Assembly (NCBI GenBank): GCA_017617655.1
Contig: JAFZVU010000087.1
Location: forward strand, 610 to 64,609
Reading direction: 5' to 3'
From: Bacteroidales bacterium
Lineage (GTDB): Bacteria > Bacteroidota > Bacteroidia > Bacteroidales > UBA932
DNA length: 64,000 bases
The position numbers were made by a program, and so were the translations under genes. The notes below the pieces were generated by a model. It saw nothing but the letters and a program-made list of their open reading frames with translations. It was not told the origin of the DNA and did no database searches. Shown here one piece after another: positions 54,470-63,436 of the stretch; positions within the stretch are counted from its first letter, which is position 1, and each line of letters opens with the position of its first letter.

Positions 54470-55437
54470 CTGTCTGTCATTATACATTCCAGAGGAAGCG
54501 GCGATATCTCGTAAGAGAATATGTTATCTCCTGCATTCACCATCCGGGGAATCACCTTGCCGGAGCGGGATTCGGCGTAATCCTTATAATCCACGACAAC
54601 TTTCGGTTCGAAACCATCGTCCACACCGGTGAAAGCAGTCCTGTAGACAACATTCACCCTGCTCGGAAGGACCATTATCTGCCGGCCTCTGGGCACGTTA
54701 GTCACTTCCACGTCCACTACCGCCGACTTCTCGACGTAGCGGGCCACAGTGAACGAATAGTTGACGCGCTTCATCTCGAGGCGGACTCCCCTGACAGGCT
54801 CCAGCTCTATGCTTCCGCTGCCGGAGCGGTCCACGCCGGAAAGGGAAAGGAACTTGGTCTGCACGGCGTCGATGAACTGGACGTCTTCGGTGCGGCCGTA
54901 TATCCTCACGGAATCAGGACTGACCTTGACTTCTGAGGTAAGCATATACTGGCTCTTGCAGCTGACGTTGCTCTTGATGTCGACCGGCACCGTCTTGAAC
55001 GAACGGGGAGTAAAGTCGAAGGTGAGCTGCCTGGTGTCGAAGAATGCCGGCTCGAACTTTTCGCTAAGCGCCTGGGCCACCTCCATCTCGATGTCTTCGG
55101 TCCAGAGGAAGAATCTGTCGGGGACGCCTTCAACCGGATGGAAGAACGAAGGGTCGACATCCAGACGGATCTTCTCGACCTTGCCCCGGCGAAGCTTCTT
55201 CAGCAGCACATAATAGCCGTCTCCCTTGCCCTGAAGGACAAGGAGCTCATTGGAAACTGCTTTTTCGTCATAGCCGGCCAGCGAAGATGTCACTTCGACA
55301 CTGTACTGCACGTAGGTGTCGTAGCCAAGCGACATGTCATACAACACCCACACGAAGAGGGACAGCACAAGCGCTATCAGCAGGATGTACCAGTCCGACT
55401 TCAGCGTCTTCCAGCGTTCTGACTTGAAGACCGGCAT
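54466..55437 (-). CDS. YbbR-like domain-containing membrane-anchored protein
   Basis: One N-terminal TM helix (WYILLIALVLSLFVWVLY) followed by beta-rich repeats. The position between yajC and coaE is typical for Bacteroidota. Confidence 0.5.
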   Translation of the reverse strand: MPVFKSERWKTLKSDWYILLIALVLSLFVWVLYDMSLGYDTYVQYSVEVTSSLAGYDEKAVSNELLVLQGKGDGYYVLLKKLRRGKVEKIRLDVDPSFFHPVEGVPDRFFLWTEDIEMEVAQALSEKFEPAFFDTRQLTFDFTPRSFKTVPVDIKSNVSCKSQYMLTSEVKVSPDSVRIYGRTEDVQFIDAVQTKFLSLSGVDRSGSGSIELEPVRGVRLEMKRVNYSFTVARYVEKSAVVDVEVTNVPRGRQIMVLPSRVNVVYRTAFTGVDDGFEPKVVVDYKDYAESRSGKVIPRMVNAGDNIFSYEISPLPLECIMTDR

Positions 55438-55445
55438 AAAGAGTC

Positions 55446-55772
55446 CTAGGCCTGCTGCTGTGCATCCGAGAAGTCTTTGACAACGGATGCCTTGTCAACC
55501 TTGATCTTGACGTTCTGGTCGATCTCCAGGAAAAGGGTGTTGTCCTTGACCTCTACTACTGTGCCGTAGATGCCGCCGATAGTCACCACCTTGTCTCCTT
55601 TCTTGAGACCCTGACGGAATTTTTCAACTTCTTTCTGTTTCTTCTGCTGGGGACGGATCATGAACAGCCACATTACGACGAAAATGAGGACGATCATCAG
55701 AAGGAAACCCATGCTGCTGCCTGCGCCCTGAGCGCCACCTGCAGCCTGAAGGAATAAAGTGAGGAATTTCAT
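55446..55772 (-). CDS. yajC: Preprotein translocase subunit YajC
   Basis: 108 aa with a single TM helix, then RPQQKKQKE...GDKVVTIGGIYGTV. Confidence 0.85.
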   Translation of the reverse strand: MKFLTLFLQAAGGAQGAGSSMGFLLMIVLIFVVMWLFMIRPQQKKQKEVEKFRQGLKKGDKVVTIGGIYGTVVEVKDNTLFLEIDQNVKIKVDKASVVKDFSDAQQQA

Positions 55773-55789
55773 AGTCTATTATTTTATCG

Positions 55790-56755
55790 TTATTGTTCTT
55801 TGGATACTCTCTGCCCGCCGTCAAGCAGGCCGCGGCCTGTCTTTACGATTTCGCCTGAAGCCATCTTGGCCTGGATTATCTTGTCGAGTAGGCCGTTCAC
55901 GAAAACGCGGCTGTTGACTGTGCTGTAGTACTTGGATATCTCGACATATTCGTTTATGGTCACCTTCGCCGGGATGTTCGGGAAAGCTACGGCTTCGGCT
56001 ATGCCCATTACTATCAACGTGGCGTCGGTAGACACGAGACGGTCGGAATCCCAGTTGTCGAGGCTGTCGCAGACAAGCTTGAAATACTCGTCATAATGCA
56101 AGAGCGACACCTTGAGCAGCTCGAGCACGAAATCGCGGTCCTCTTCCTTGATGAACACTCCGGGCAGGATCAGCGGATTGCCGGCCACCATGCTGTCGAT
56201 GGCGTAGAGGATATTGTTCAGCACATAGTTGACATCGTCGGTCCAGTAGATCGAGAGGTCTTCGAGGATGGCGTCGAGAGAGGCGTTGTCTTCGAATTCT
56301 TCCTCGAATATGCGCCTGGCAAACAGGCAGTCTTCCTTGAATGAATCCTCGCCGGAGTTCATATACTCGGCATAATAGTCAGAAGCCGTAATGGAAGCGA
56401 GAAGTTTCTTTATGAAAATGTCGTATTCTCCCCATACGAGACCCTTGCCGCTGCAATATTTCTGGAACTCGGCATTGTCTTCAACCGCCTTGAAGAAACG
56501 GTTGTTCACGAATTTCATGTTGGGGTTGCGCTCCTCTTCCGTGGGGTGGAACTTGTTTCTGAGAGCCTCTATCTTGTCGAATGCGACCTGCTTCAGGCTC
56601 CCGCAGACATTGAGCAGGAAATAGTAGAGGTCGACAGTTTTTTCACACGAACGGATAAGCTCTTTGCGGGCTGGCTCCAGGGCTGCCGGACCGTCCTGCC
56701 AGGTTGAAAAAAGAACTTTGAATGCCTTTATACGTAATAATCTGCGGTTAAGCAT
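55790..56755 (-). CDS. nusB: Transcription antitermination factor NusB (long Bacteroidota form)
   Basis: MLNRRLLRIKAFKVLF N-terminus and a C-terminal NusB fold (EYVEISKYYS..SRVFVNGLLDKI). Confidence 0.78.
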   Translation of the reverse strand: MLNRRLLRIKAFKVLFSTWQDGPAALEPARKELIRSCEKTVDLYYFLLNVCGSLKQVAFDKIEALRNKFHPTEEERNPNMKFVNNRFFKAVEDNAEFQKYCSGKGLVWGEYDIFIKKLLASITASDYYAEYMNSGEDSFKEDCLFARRIFEEEFEDNASLDAILEDLSIYWTDDVNYVLNNILYAIDSMVAGNPLILPGVFIKEEDRDFVLELLKVSLLHYDEYFKLVCDSLDNWDSDRLVSTDATLIVMGIAEAVAFPNIPAKVTINEYVEISKYYSTVNSRVFVNGLLDKIIQAKMASGEIVKTGRGLLDGGQRVSKEQ

Positions 56756-56774
56756 ATCATCTCATTTTATCTGA

Positions 56775-56782
56775 CAAAGATA
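56775..56782 (-). promoter_or_regulatory. Bacteroidota -7 promoter box (TATCTTTG) for nusB
   Basis: TAnnTTTG on the minus strand, 19 nt upstream of the ATG. Confidence 0.45.
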
Positions 56783-56804
56783 GCTTATAATAATAAAATG
56801 TTTC

Positions 56805-56812
56805 TATCTTTG
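56805..56812 (+). promoter_or_regulatory. Bacteroidota -7 promoter box (TATCTTTG) for the DUF3276 gene
   Basis: TAnnTTTG 30 nt upstream of the ATG at 56843. Confidence 0.45.
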
Positions 56813-56842
56813 TTAGAGAATTAATCTAATAATTGAAGAGAA

Positions 56843-57196
56843 ATGTATTTTGAAGATTACGACAATCATGGCGGACAGGAAAGAACCGGGGACGACGTGT
56901 ATTCAAAGCCAGTGAGAGCCGGCAAGAGGACTTATTTCTTTGATGTCAAAGCCACCAAAGGCAATGACTACTACCTCACCATCACTGAAAGTAAGAGAAG
57001 GGTTGAAAGAGACGGGAAATTCGTCTATGACAAGCACAAAATCTTCCTGTACAAAGAGGATTTCGAGAAATTCTCCGACGGGCTCAAGGAAGTCATCGAT
57101 TACATCAAGGAGAAATGCCCTGTTACAGAAACTCGCCCTTACGAAGACAAGCCGTACGACAAGGACTATTCAGATGTCAATTTCGACGAGCTCTAA
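56843..57196 (+). CDS. DUF3276 / PUR-alpha-like nucleic-acid-binding protein
   Basis: VRAGKRTYFFDVKATKGNDYYLTITESKR is characteristic of this family. Confidence 0.7.
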   Translation: MYFEDYDNHGGQERTGDDVYSKPVRAGKRTYFFDVKATKGNDYYLTITESKRRVERDGKFVYDKHKIFLYKEDFEKFSDGLKEVIDYIKEKCPVTETRPYEDKPYDKDYSDVNFDEL

Positions 57197-57213
57197 GATA
57201 TCCTGACACCATC

Positions 57214-57246
57214 AAAAAAGGCTGGCGCGGTGCGTCAGCCTTTTTT
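57214..57246. terminator. Bidirectional rho-independent terminator
   Basis: An A6 run, a ggctggcgc-ggt-gcgtcagcc hairpin and a T6 run lie between two convergent genes. Confidence 0.7.
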
Positions 57247-57247
57247 G

Positions 57248-59278
57248 TTACCGGGATTCCTTCAGCTTCGGATATTCGATCCGTTCGTGGTATATCTGCT
57301 GCAGGAACTTCTTGAAACATTCCCTCACTTCGGCGACCTCCTTGAAGGTAATCTTGGACTCTGCTATCTGGCCGTCCGCGATTTTTGCGTCCATGATAGA
57401 ATCCACCAGCTTCGAGATAGACTCCGCATCGTGACTCTTGAGGGTCCTCGACGCTGCCTCGATGCTGTCAGCGAACATAAGGACAACCTGCTCTTTCGTG
57501 AACGGGAGCTGGCCATGATAGCGGAAAGCGCCTTCGTCGGCGGGGTCTCCTCCTTCGTTTATATATTTGTTGTAGAAGAAGCCGGTGAGGCTCGTTCCAT
57601 GGTGGCTCTCGATGAAATTGATAATAAGCGCAGGCAGCTGGTTCTTGCGGGCTATCGCCACGCCGTCGTCTACATGCTTTATGATAGCCGCTGCGCTCTG
57701 CTTGGCTGTCAGATTTGCGTGATAATCCACGTCGGAGGTCTGGTTCTCGATGAAGCACAGAGGGTTCATGATCTTGCCTATGTCATGATACAGCCCTCCT
57801 ACCCTTGCCAGCACAGGATTGCCACCTATCTCACGGCATGCGCTCTCAGCCAGTGATGCCACCTGCAGTGAATGCTGGAAGGTGCCGGGCGCTTTCTTGG
57901 ACATTTCCTGGAGCACGGCGTTGCTGGTATCCGTAAGCTCCCACAGCCTTGAGACAGACACGTATGAGAACAGCTTTTCGAACATGAAGATAAGCGGATA
58001 TCCCACAAGCAGCAGGACCGAATAGCCGAGAAGACATATTATCTCCACCCTGTGGAATCCGTTGCCGGAGGCCAGCGCATAAGCCACATACACCAGGAGC
58101 ATGCCGAAGAATACCAGCAGTGCGGAGAAGAACTGACTCCAGGTCTTGCGGTAGAATCTGCTGCTGCTCACCAGGATAGCACCCGCCAGCACGTTCATTA
58201 TGTACAGCTCCACTCCCCCGTCGACGAGGAAAAGCAGGGGCAGAAGCGCAACGACGTAGGTGGCGTATGTTGTAGAAGGCTTCAGCCACGACTGGGCTAT
58301 TATAACATACAAGCCGAGCGGGACTATCATCCTGTAGCTCTCCCTGACATTCATCATCACGGTTATGGCGATGAAGACTAGCAATACGAGGGCGGCTATG
58401 AATGTGAGCTGCCTTCCGTAGCGGAATATTATGTTGTCAGTCAGCTGGATTGCACACACCAGCAGCCAGAGCATTATTATAACGAAAAGAACATGGCTGA
58501 AGAACGACGCCAGCTTCGAATCGTTATAGCCGTAATGGGACAGATATTCCGACTTGTAGGAATCCAGCATCTGGTTGATCTCCCTGGTCACTATCTCGCC
58601 CTTCGACACGATCAGCTGGCCGGCATACACCACGCCACTTGTAGGAGACACATATTCCACGGCGTTGCGGTGCACCAGCATTGTCGTAGCTTCATCGTAG
58701 CTCAGGTTAGCTGTTATGTATTCCCGGATGTTGAGAGAATTGAAAAGCGAATCGGTCAGCTCCTCGCCGAAGCGGTCCGAAATGGTTTCCTTGAGGCTGG
58801 AATAAGCCTCATCGACCGTATAGAGTTCAGCGCCCGCCGTCTCGACTGCTCTTTTACCTTTCTTTATGAATATAACCTTGTCTGCTAGGCGGTCGTCCAC
58901 GGAGGATGCGATCACGCCCTTGTCATATATGGACTGGAGTGCAGACGCCGTGGCATATATGAAATTCTTGTCTGCGGACGATGCGTCAGAAGCCGTCTGT
59001 TTCAGAGATGAGACCCTGTCGTCTGACACTCTGGACTCGAACTCGTAGTAGTCCAGCACCTCGGAAGCTTTTTCCTCCATCTCCATCAGACGTTCTTCCT
59101 GGGTCTTCAGTATAGGGAAGTCGAACGGAGCCACCAGAGTCTCGTACATCCATGTGCCGCCAGTATGGTAGCTGTACTTGAAGGTTCCTTTCTGGGGAAA
59201 GATGATGAGCATGAGCACGCCGAGTATTACCAGCGTCACAATCACCTTATGCTTCAACAAAAAAGGCTTTATCTTCAT
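57248..59278 (-). CDS. 7TM-receptor HD/HDIG phosphohydrolase (PgpH-like)
   Basis: N-terminal extracellular domain, 7 TM helices and a C-terminal HD domain (HSLQVASLAE, GLYHDIGK). Confidence 0.82.
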   Translation of the reverse strand: MKIKPFLLKHKVIVTLVILGVLMLIIFPQKGTFKYSYHTGGTWMYETLVAPFDFPILKTQEERLMEMEEKASEVLDYYEFESRVSDDRVSSLKQTASDASSADKNFIYATASALQSIYDKGVIASSVDDRLADKVIFIKKGKRAVETAGAELYTVDEAYSSLKETISDRFGEELTDSLFNSLNIREYITANLSYDEATTMLVHRNAVEYVSPTSGVVYAGQLIVSKGEIVTREINQMLDSYKSEYLSHYGYNDSKLASFFSHVLFVIIMLWLLVCAIQLTDNIIFRYGRQLTFIAALVLLVFIAITVMMNVRESYRMIVPLGLYVIIAQSWLKPSTTYATYVVALLPLLFLVDGGVELYIMNVLAGAILVSSSRFYRKTWSQFFSALLVFFGMLLVYVAYALASGNGFHRVEIICLLGYSVLLLVGYPLIFMFEKLFSYVSVSRLWELTDTSNAVLQEMSKKAPGTFQHSLQVASLAESACREIGGNPVLARVGGLYHDIGKIMNPLCFIENQTSDVDYHANLTAKQSAAAIIKHVDDGVAIARKNQLPALIINFIESHHGTSLTGFFYNKYINEGGDPADEGAFRYHGQLPFTKEQVVLMFADSIEAASRTLKSHDAESISKLVDSIMDAKIADGQIAESKITFKEVAEVRECFKKFLQQIYHERIEYPKLKESR

Positions 59279-59308
59279 CTCGTCAGTTTTTAATCCGCCC
59301 GCTAAGCA

Positions 59309-59890
59309 TCATGAGCCGAGCAGAGCCTTGTACATCTTCAGGCAGATCCATGCGTCTGTAGCTGCATAGAGCTGCTGGGGACGCGAGAGCTCCGGAGCTT
59401 CCCAGTTCGAAAGCTGCTGGGCCTTCGACACTTTCCTGCCGAGGATTATGGCCGTAAGCTTCTTTACGCTCTTGTCCTTTATGCCGTAGCGTTCTGCGAA
59501 CGACTGCAGGTCCATGAATCGCGCCGCCTTGAAATCCGCATAACGCTGAAGTCCCCTGATGTCATCTGCCACCGCCGCTCCCACTTTCGTTATGCTGTTG
59601 TCGGCAAGTATCCTGGCGAGTTCTGCCGGCATGCCGAGCATCTGGAGGCGGAAGAGGTAGGCATTGGTCTCGCTGGAAAGCTGGAGCAGGGCCGTACCGT
59701 TGCGGTGCGCCTTGTTGTTGAAGATCGGCTTGGTCTCAGTGTCGAAACCGATCATCCTGCATGAAGACAGATGCCGGATGGCCTCGTCGAATTCCTTTCC
59801 ACGGCCGGTGACGACTGTGATGGGCCCGTCGAAGGCTATGAGTTCCAGCGACTCTATTTCTTCTGGTGTTACGCTTTCCTTAAAAACCAT
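59309..59890 (-). CDS. 3'-5' exonuclease domain protein (RNase D/WRN-like, DEDDy)
   Basis: IGFDTETKP, AVADDIRGL and YAATDAW exonuclease motifs; 193 aa. Confidence 0.72.
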   Translation of the reverse strand: MVFKESVTPEEIESLELIAFDGPITVVTGRGKEFDEAIRHLSSCRMIGFDTETKPIFNNKAHRNGTALLQLSSETNAYLFRLQMLGMPAELARILADNSITKVGAAVADDIRGLQRYADFKAARFMDLQSFAERYGIKDKSVKKLTAIILGRKVSKAQQLSNWEAPELSRPQQLYAATDAWICLKMYKALLGS

Positions 59891-60881
59891 AAAAATAGCT
59901 TACTTTCTGCTTGTCGGCGCGCAGCGCAAGGTTCTTGCCGCGCCTCAGGGCAGTATAGCACTCCACAGCTGCGCTGAGCGACGGATTGACGAAGATAATG
60001 TCGTCAGCCAGTATGCTGCGGTAAGGGTAAGTTCCGTTTCCGAAAGAACTGCGGTACTGTTCGAGCAGCGCCAGACAGTCCTGCCTGTAATCCTCGCCCA
60101 GGCCGTCCACTATTATAACCTTGAGCGGTGATTTAGTCGAGGCGTCCTTCAATTCCTCGACTATCTGCGAGAGTCCTTCCCTGCTGTTCTTCCCGCTTAT
60201 TAAGGAGATTGAGCGGGTGTTTCCCTGCTCTGCAGATATCTTGCGGATTGCTTCAGAATACGCCAGACGGTCATTGCTGCCGTTGCTCAACAATGCAACG
60301 GTCAACGATGCTATATTGTTGTCCGACAGGGAGTCGAACATGGCTCTGACTCCGGCGTCAACGGCCGAGATCACCTTCACTCCCGCTCCGTTGTGTTCAG
60401 ACAGGGACATCATCTCGTCCAGGCCTTTAGCGGGCAGAAGTGCGCCGCCGGCCACTATTATCTTGGAGCGCTCCTTCTCGAACGAATCCCAGTAGCGGTC
60501 CTCCATCAGGAAAAGAGTGCTGTTGAAGCAGTCATCGTCGCTGCGGGCTGTGTAATACTGGAAGTATTCACCGGCGAAATCGAGGATTCCGTCGCTTCTG
60601 CGCACGCCGGTGATGTTGTCGAAGCAGTCCATGCCGGTGCAGGTCTCAAGCAGGGTCATGCTGGTGGAGTCCGCATCGAATATGCCGATAGGCAGGGATT
60701 TCAACTCTCCGTAGTGGGCAAAGTCTATAAAATTGACTGAAGCAGTATCGTACATCACGGTACGCACTGCGGCCGGAAGGACGACTTCGGCATGGTCCGT
60801 ACGAAGCTTGCATCCTGTAAGCAGCGCAGTGAGGGCTATCGCTGCGACGGCAAGCCTATTTACGATACGTGAACTTTCCAT
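59880..60881 (-). CDS. Hypothetical lipoprotein
   Basis: Signal and lipobox AAIALTALLTGC; 333 aa with no motif I recognise. It overlaps purM by 26 nt and the exonuclease gene by 11 nt. Confidence 0.5.
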   Translation of the reverse strand: MESSRIVNRLAVAAIALTALLTGCKLRTDHAEVVLPAAVRTVMYDTASVNFIDFAHYGELKSLPIGIFDADSTSMTLLETCTGMDCFDNITGVRRSDGILDFAGEYFQYYTARSDDDCFNSTLFLMEDRYWDSFEKERSKIIVAGGALLPAKGLDEMMSLSEHNGAGVKVISAVDAGVRAMFDSLSDNNIASLTVALLSNGSNDRLAYSEAIRKISAEQGNTRSISLISGKNSREGLSQIVEELKDASTKSPLKVIIVDGLGEDYRQDCLALLEQYRSSFGNGTYPYRSILADDIIFVNPSLSAAVECYTALRRGKNLALRADKQKVSYFYGF

Positions 60882-62037
60882 ATTCAGATTCGATGACTAC
60901 TTTGGTATCTTGCGAAGCCTCGACACGGCCTATGATGCGGGCGTCTATCCCGAACTTGCCGCTTATGCCGACAAGGTCGGCGGCAACGGCTTCCGGCACA
61001 TAGATTTCCAGCCTGTGGCCCATGTTGAACACTTTGTACATCTCTTCCCAGGGGGTGCCGCTCTCCTGCTGTATCACGCGGAACAGAGGGGGCACTGGGA
61101 ACATGTTGTCCTTGATGACCGTAAGGCCGTCCACGAAGTGGAGCACTTTGGTCTGGGCGCCGCCGGAGCAGTGGATCATGCCGTGGATGTCGCTTCTGTG
61201 CTTAGCGAGCATCTCTTTCACTACCGGAGCGTAGGTGCGGGTCGGGGACAGCACCAGCTTGCCATAGGTAAGGCCGGTCTCAGGCTCGATTTCGGTGAGC
61301 TTGCGGCTGCCGCAATACACGAACTCTGCAGGGGTATGGGCGTCGTAGCTGTCGGGGTAACGTTCAGCAAGGTATTTAGCGAACACGTCGTGACGGGCGC
61401 TGGTCAGGCCGTTGCTGCCCATGCCTCCGTTGTAGCTGTCTTCATAGACTGCCTGGCCGCAGCTGGACAGAGCCACTATCACGTCACCTGCAGCGATGTT
61501 GGCATTGTCTATTACATCTGCCCTGCGCATGCGGGCCACTACTGTACTGTCGACAATGATAGTCCGCACCAGGTCGCCCACGTCGGCAGTCTCGCCTCCG
61601 GTCAGGACCATGTCGATGCCCCACTGACGCATCTTCTCCATGAAAGAGACAGAACCCGAGATTACGGCGGAGATAACTTCTCCGGGGATAAGGTTCTTGT
61701 TGCGGCCGATGGTAGATGAGAGCAGGATGTTGTCGGTGGCTCCCACACAAAGCAGGTCGTCGGTATTCATCACTATCGCGTCCTGCGCGATGCCGGCCCA
61801 GACGTCCATGTCGCCCGTCTCCTTCCAATATAGATAAGCAAGGGAACTCTTGGTGCCCGCTCCGTCGGCATGCATCACCACGCACCAGTCGGGGTCTCCG
61901 CCCAGGTAATCCGGTTCTATCTTGCAGAATGCCTTCGGGAACAAACCTTTGTCAAGTTTCGAAATGGCCTTGTGAACGTCTTCCTTCGAAGAAGAGACGC
62001 CTCTTTGTGCATATCTGTTCGCTTCGGTGTCTTTCAT
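60856..62037 (-). CDS. purM: AIR synthase-related protein (phosphoribosylformylglycinamidine cyclo-ligase, long Bacteroidota form)
   Basis: RYAQRGVSSSKEDVH, HADGAGTK and a PurM-like N/C domain layout. Confidence 0.75.
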   Translation of the reverse strand: MKDTEANRYAQRGVSSSKEDVHKAISKLDKGLFPKAFCKIEPDYLGGDPDWCVVMHADGAGTKSSLAYLYWKETGDMDVWAGIAQDAIVMNTDDLLCVGATDNILLSSTIGRNKNLIPGEVISAVISGSVSFMEKMRQWGIDMVLTGGETADVGDLVRTIIVDSTVVARMRRADVIDNANIAAGDVIVALSSCGQAVYEDSYNGGMGSNGLTSARHDVFAKYLAERYPDSYDAHTPAEFVYCGSRKLTEIEPETGLTYGKLVLSPTRTYAPVVKEMLAKHRSDIHGMIHCSGGAQTKVLHFVDGLTVIKDNMFPVPPLFRVIQQESGTPWEEMYKVFNMGHRLEIYVPEAVAADLVGISGKFGIDARIIGRVEASQDTKVVIESEYGKFTYRK

Positions 62038-62041
62038 GCCG

Positions 62042-62049
62042 CAAATTTA
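62042..62049 (-). promoter_or_regulatory. Bacteroidota -7 promoter box (TAAATTTG) 4 nt upstream of the purM ATG
   Basis: The minus strand reads TAAATTTG-cggc-ATG. Confidence 0.4.
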
Positions 62050-62071
62050 ACATTTTTTACTTCTTTTTTAG

Positions 62072-62079
62072 TACTTTTG
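62072..62079 (+). promoter_or_regulatory. Bacteroidota -7 promoter box (TACTTTTG) for the aminotransferase gene
   Basis: TAnnTTTG 28 nt upstream of the ATG at 62108. Confidence 0.45.
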
Positions 62080-62107
62080 CGCGACCTTGTAAATCTTAAT
62101 ACTCGCA

Positions 62108-63304
62108 ATGCTTACAATATCAAACCAAGCCCTCAACCTTCCAGTATCAGCCATCAGGAGACTGATCCCTTATGCCGACGCAGCCAAAGAGCGCGGCATC
62201 AAAGTATATCACCTCAACATGGGACAGCCTGACGTCGATTCGTCGCCGCAGGCCCTGGAAGCAGTGAAGAACAACCAGATGCATGTGCTGAGCTACACCA
62301 ACTCAGCCGGAGACAAGGCTCTTCGCGAAGGCATGGCCGGATATTATGCAAACCTCGGCATCGAAGTCAGCCCCGACAGCATCATAGTCACCCACGGCGG
62401 CAGCGAGGCTCTCCAGATCGCCATCGCAGCCACCTGCGACCCTGACGACGAGCTGATAGTCTTCGAGCCTTTCTACACCAACTACAACACCTTCGCGGTA
62501 CAGCACAACATAACCCTGCGTCCCATCACCACCCGCATCGAAGACGGCTTCAAGCTGCCCGAGATGTCGGAAATCGAGAAGCACATCACCAAGAAGACCA
62601 AGGGCATCCTGTTCTGCAACCCCAACAACCCTACAGGCGCGCTCTACAGCCGTGAGGACATCGAGAAGATCGGCCAGATCGCCCGCAAGCACGAGCTCTT
62701 CATCTATTCAGATGAGGTATACCGCGAGTTCTGCTACACCGACGAGCCGCACTTCTCAGCTCTGCAGCTCAAGGGTCTGGAAGAGAATGTCATCCTGCTC
62801 GATTCCGTATCAAAGAGGTACAGCCTCTGCGGAGCCCGCATCGGCTTCGTTGTCTCAAGGAATCCTGAGGTTATGAAATATGTGCTCCGTTACGCTCAGG
62901 CCCGCCTCTGCGTTTCGACCTACGGCCAGATTGCTTCAGTCGGCGCTCTCGACACTCCCAGGGAGTATTTCGAGGCTGTCCGTAAGGAATACATCCACCG
63001 CCGCGACGTCTTGCTCGCCGAGATCGCCAAGATGGAAGGTGTCATCTGCCCCGTCCCGAACGGAGCTTTCTATGCGGCCGCCGAGCTTCCCGTCGATGAT
63101 GCAGAAAGGTTCGCCATCTGGATGCTCAACGAGTTCAACATCGACGGCAAGACCGTCCAGGTGACTCCCATGGCCGGTTTCTACGCTACCAAGGGCATGG
63201 GCAAACGCCAGGTGCGCCTCGCCTACGTCATCAAGGAGCCCGACCTGATCGAAGCCTGCCGCTGCCTCAAAGCCGGCCTCGAAGCATATCCTCACCGCAT
63301 CTGA
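62108..63304 (+). CDS. Pyridoxal-phosphate-dependent aminotransferase (class I, aspartate/aromatic type)
   Basis: NPNNPTG, and the PLP lysine context SVSKRYSLCGARIG. Confidence 0.85.
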   Translation: MLTISNQALNLPVSAIRRLIPYADAAKERGIKVYHLNMGQPDVDSSPQALEAVKNNQMHVLSYTNSAGDKALREGMAGYYANLGIEVSPDSIIVTHGGSEALQIAIAATCDPDDELIVFEPFYTNYNTFAVQHNITLRPITTRIEDGFKLPEMSEIEKHITKKTKGILFCNPNNPTGALYSREDIEKIGQIARKHELFIYSDEVYREFCYTDEPHFSALQLKGLEENVILLDSVSKRYSLCGARIGFVVSRNPEVMKYVLRYAQARLCVSTYGQIASVGALDTPREYFEAVRKEYIHRRDVLLAEIAKMEGVICPVPNGAFYAAAELPVDDAERFAIWMLNEFNIDGKTVQVTPMAGFYATKGMGKRQVRLAYVIKEPDLIEACRCLKAGLEAYPHRI

Positions 63305-63401
63305 CAGCCCGTTGTCTACTTATTGTAAAAGATAATATCCGTCTTTAAGCCTTCGGTTTGCGGACCCGGTTAGCTCGTTTCATGGCCATCAAGATTATTG
63401 T

Positions 63402-63409
63402 TATATTTG
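63402..63409 (+). promoter_or_regulatory. Bacteroidota -7 promoter box (TATATTTG) for the DUF362 gene
   Basis: TAnnTTTG 27 nt upstream of the ATG at 63437. Confidence 0.45.
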
Positions 63410-63436
63410 AATCATAATAATAGCCCCTTTTTAGTT

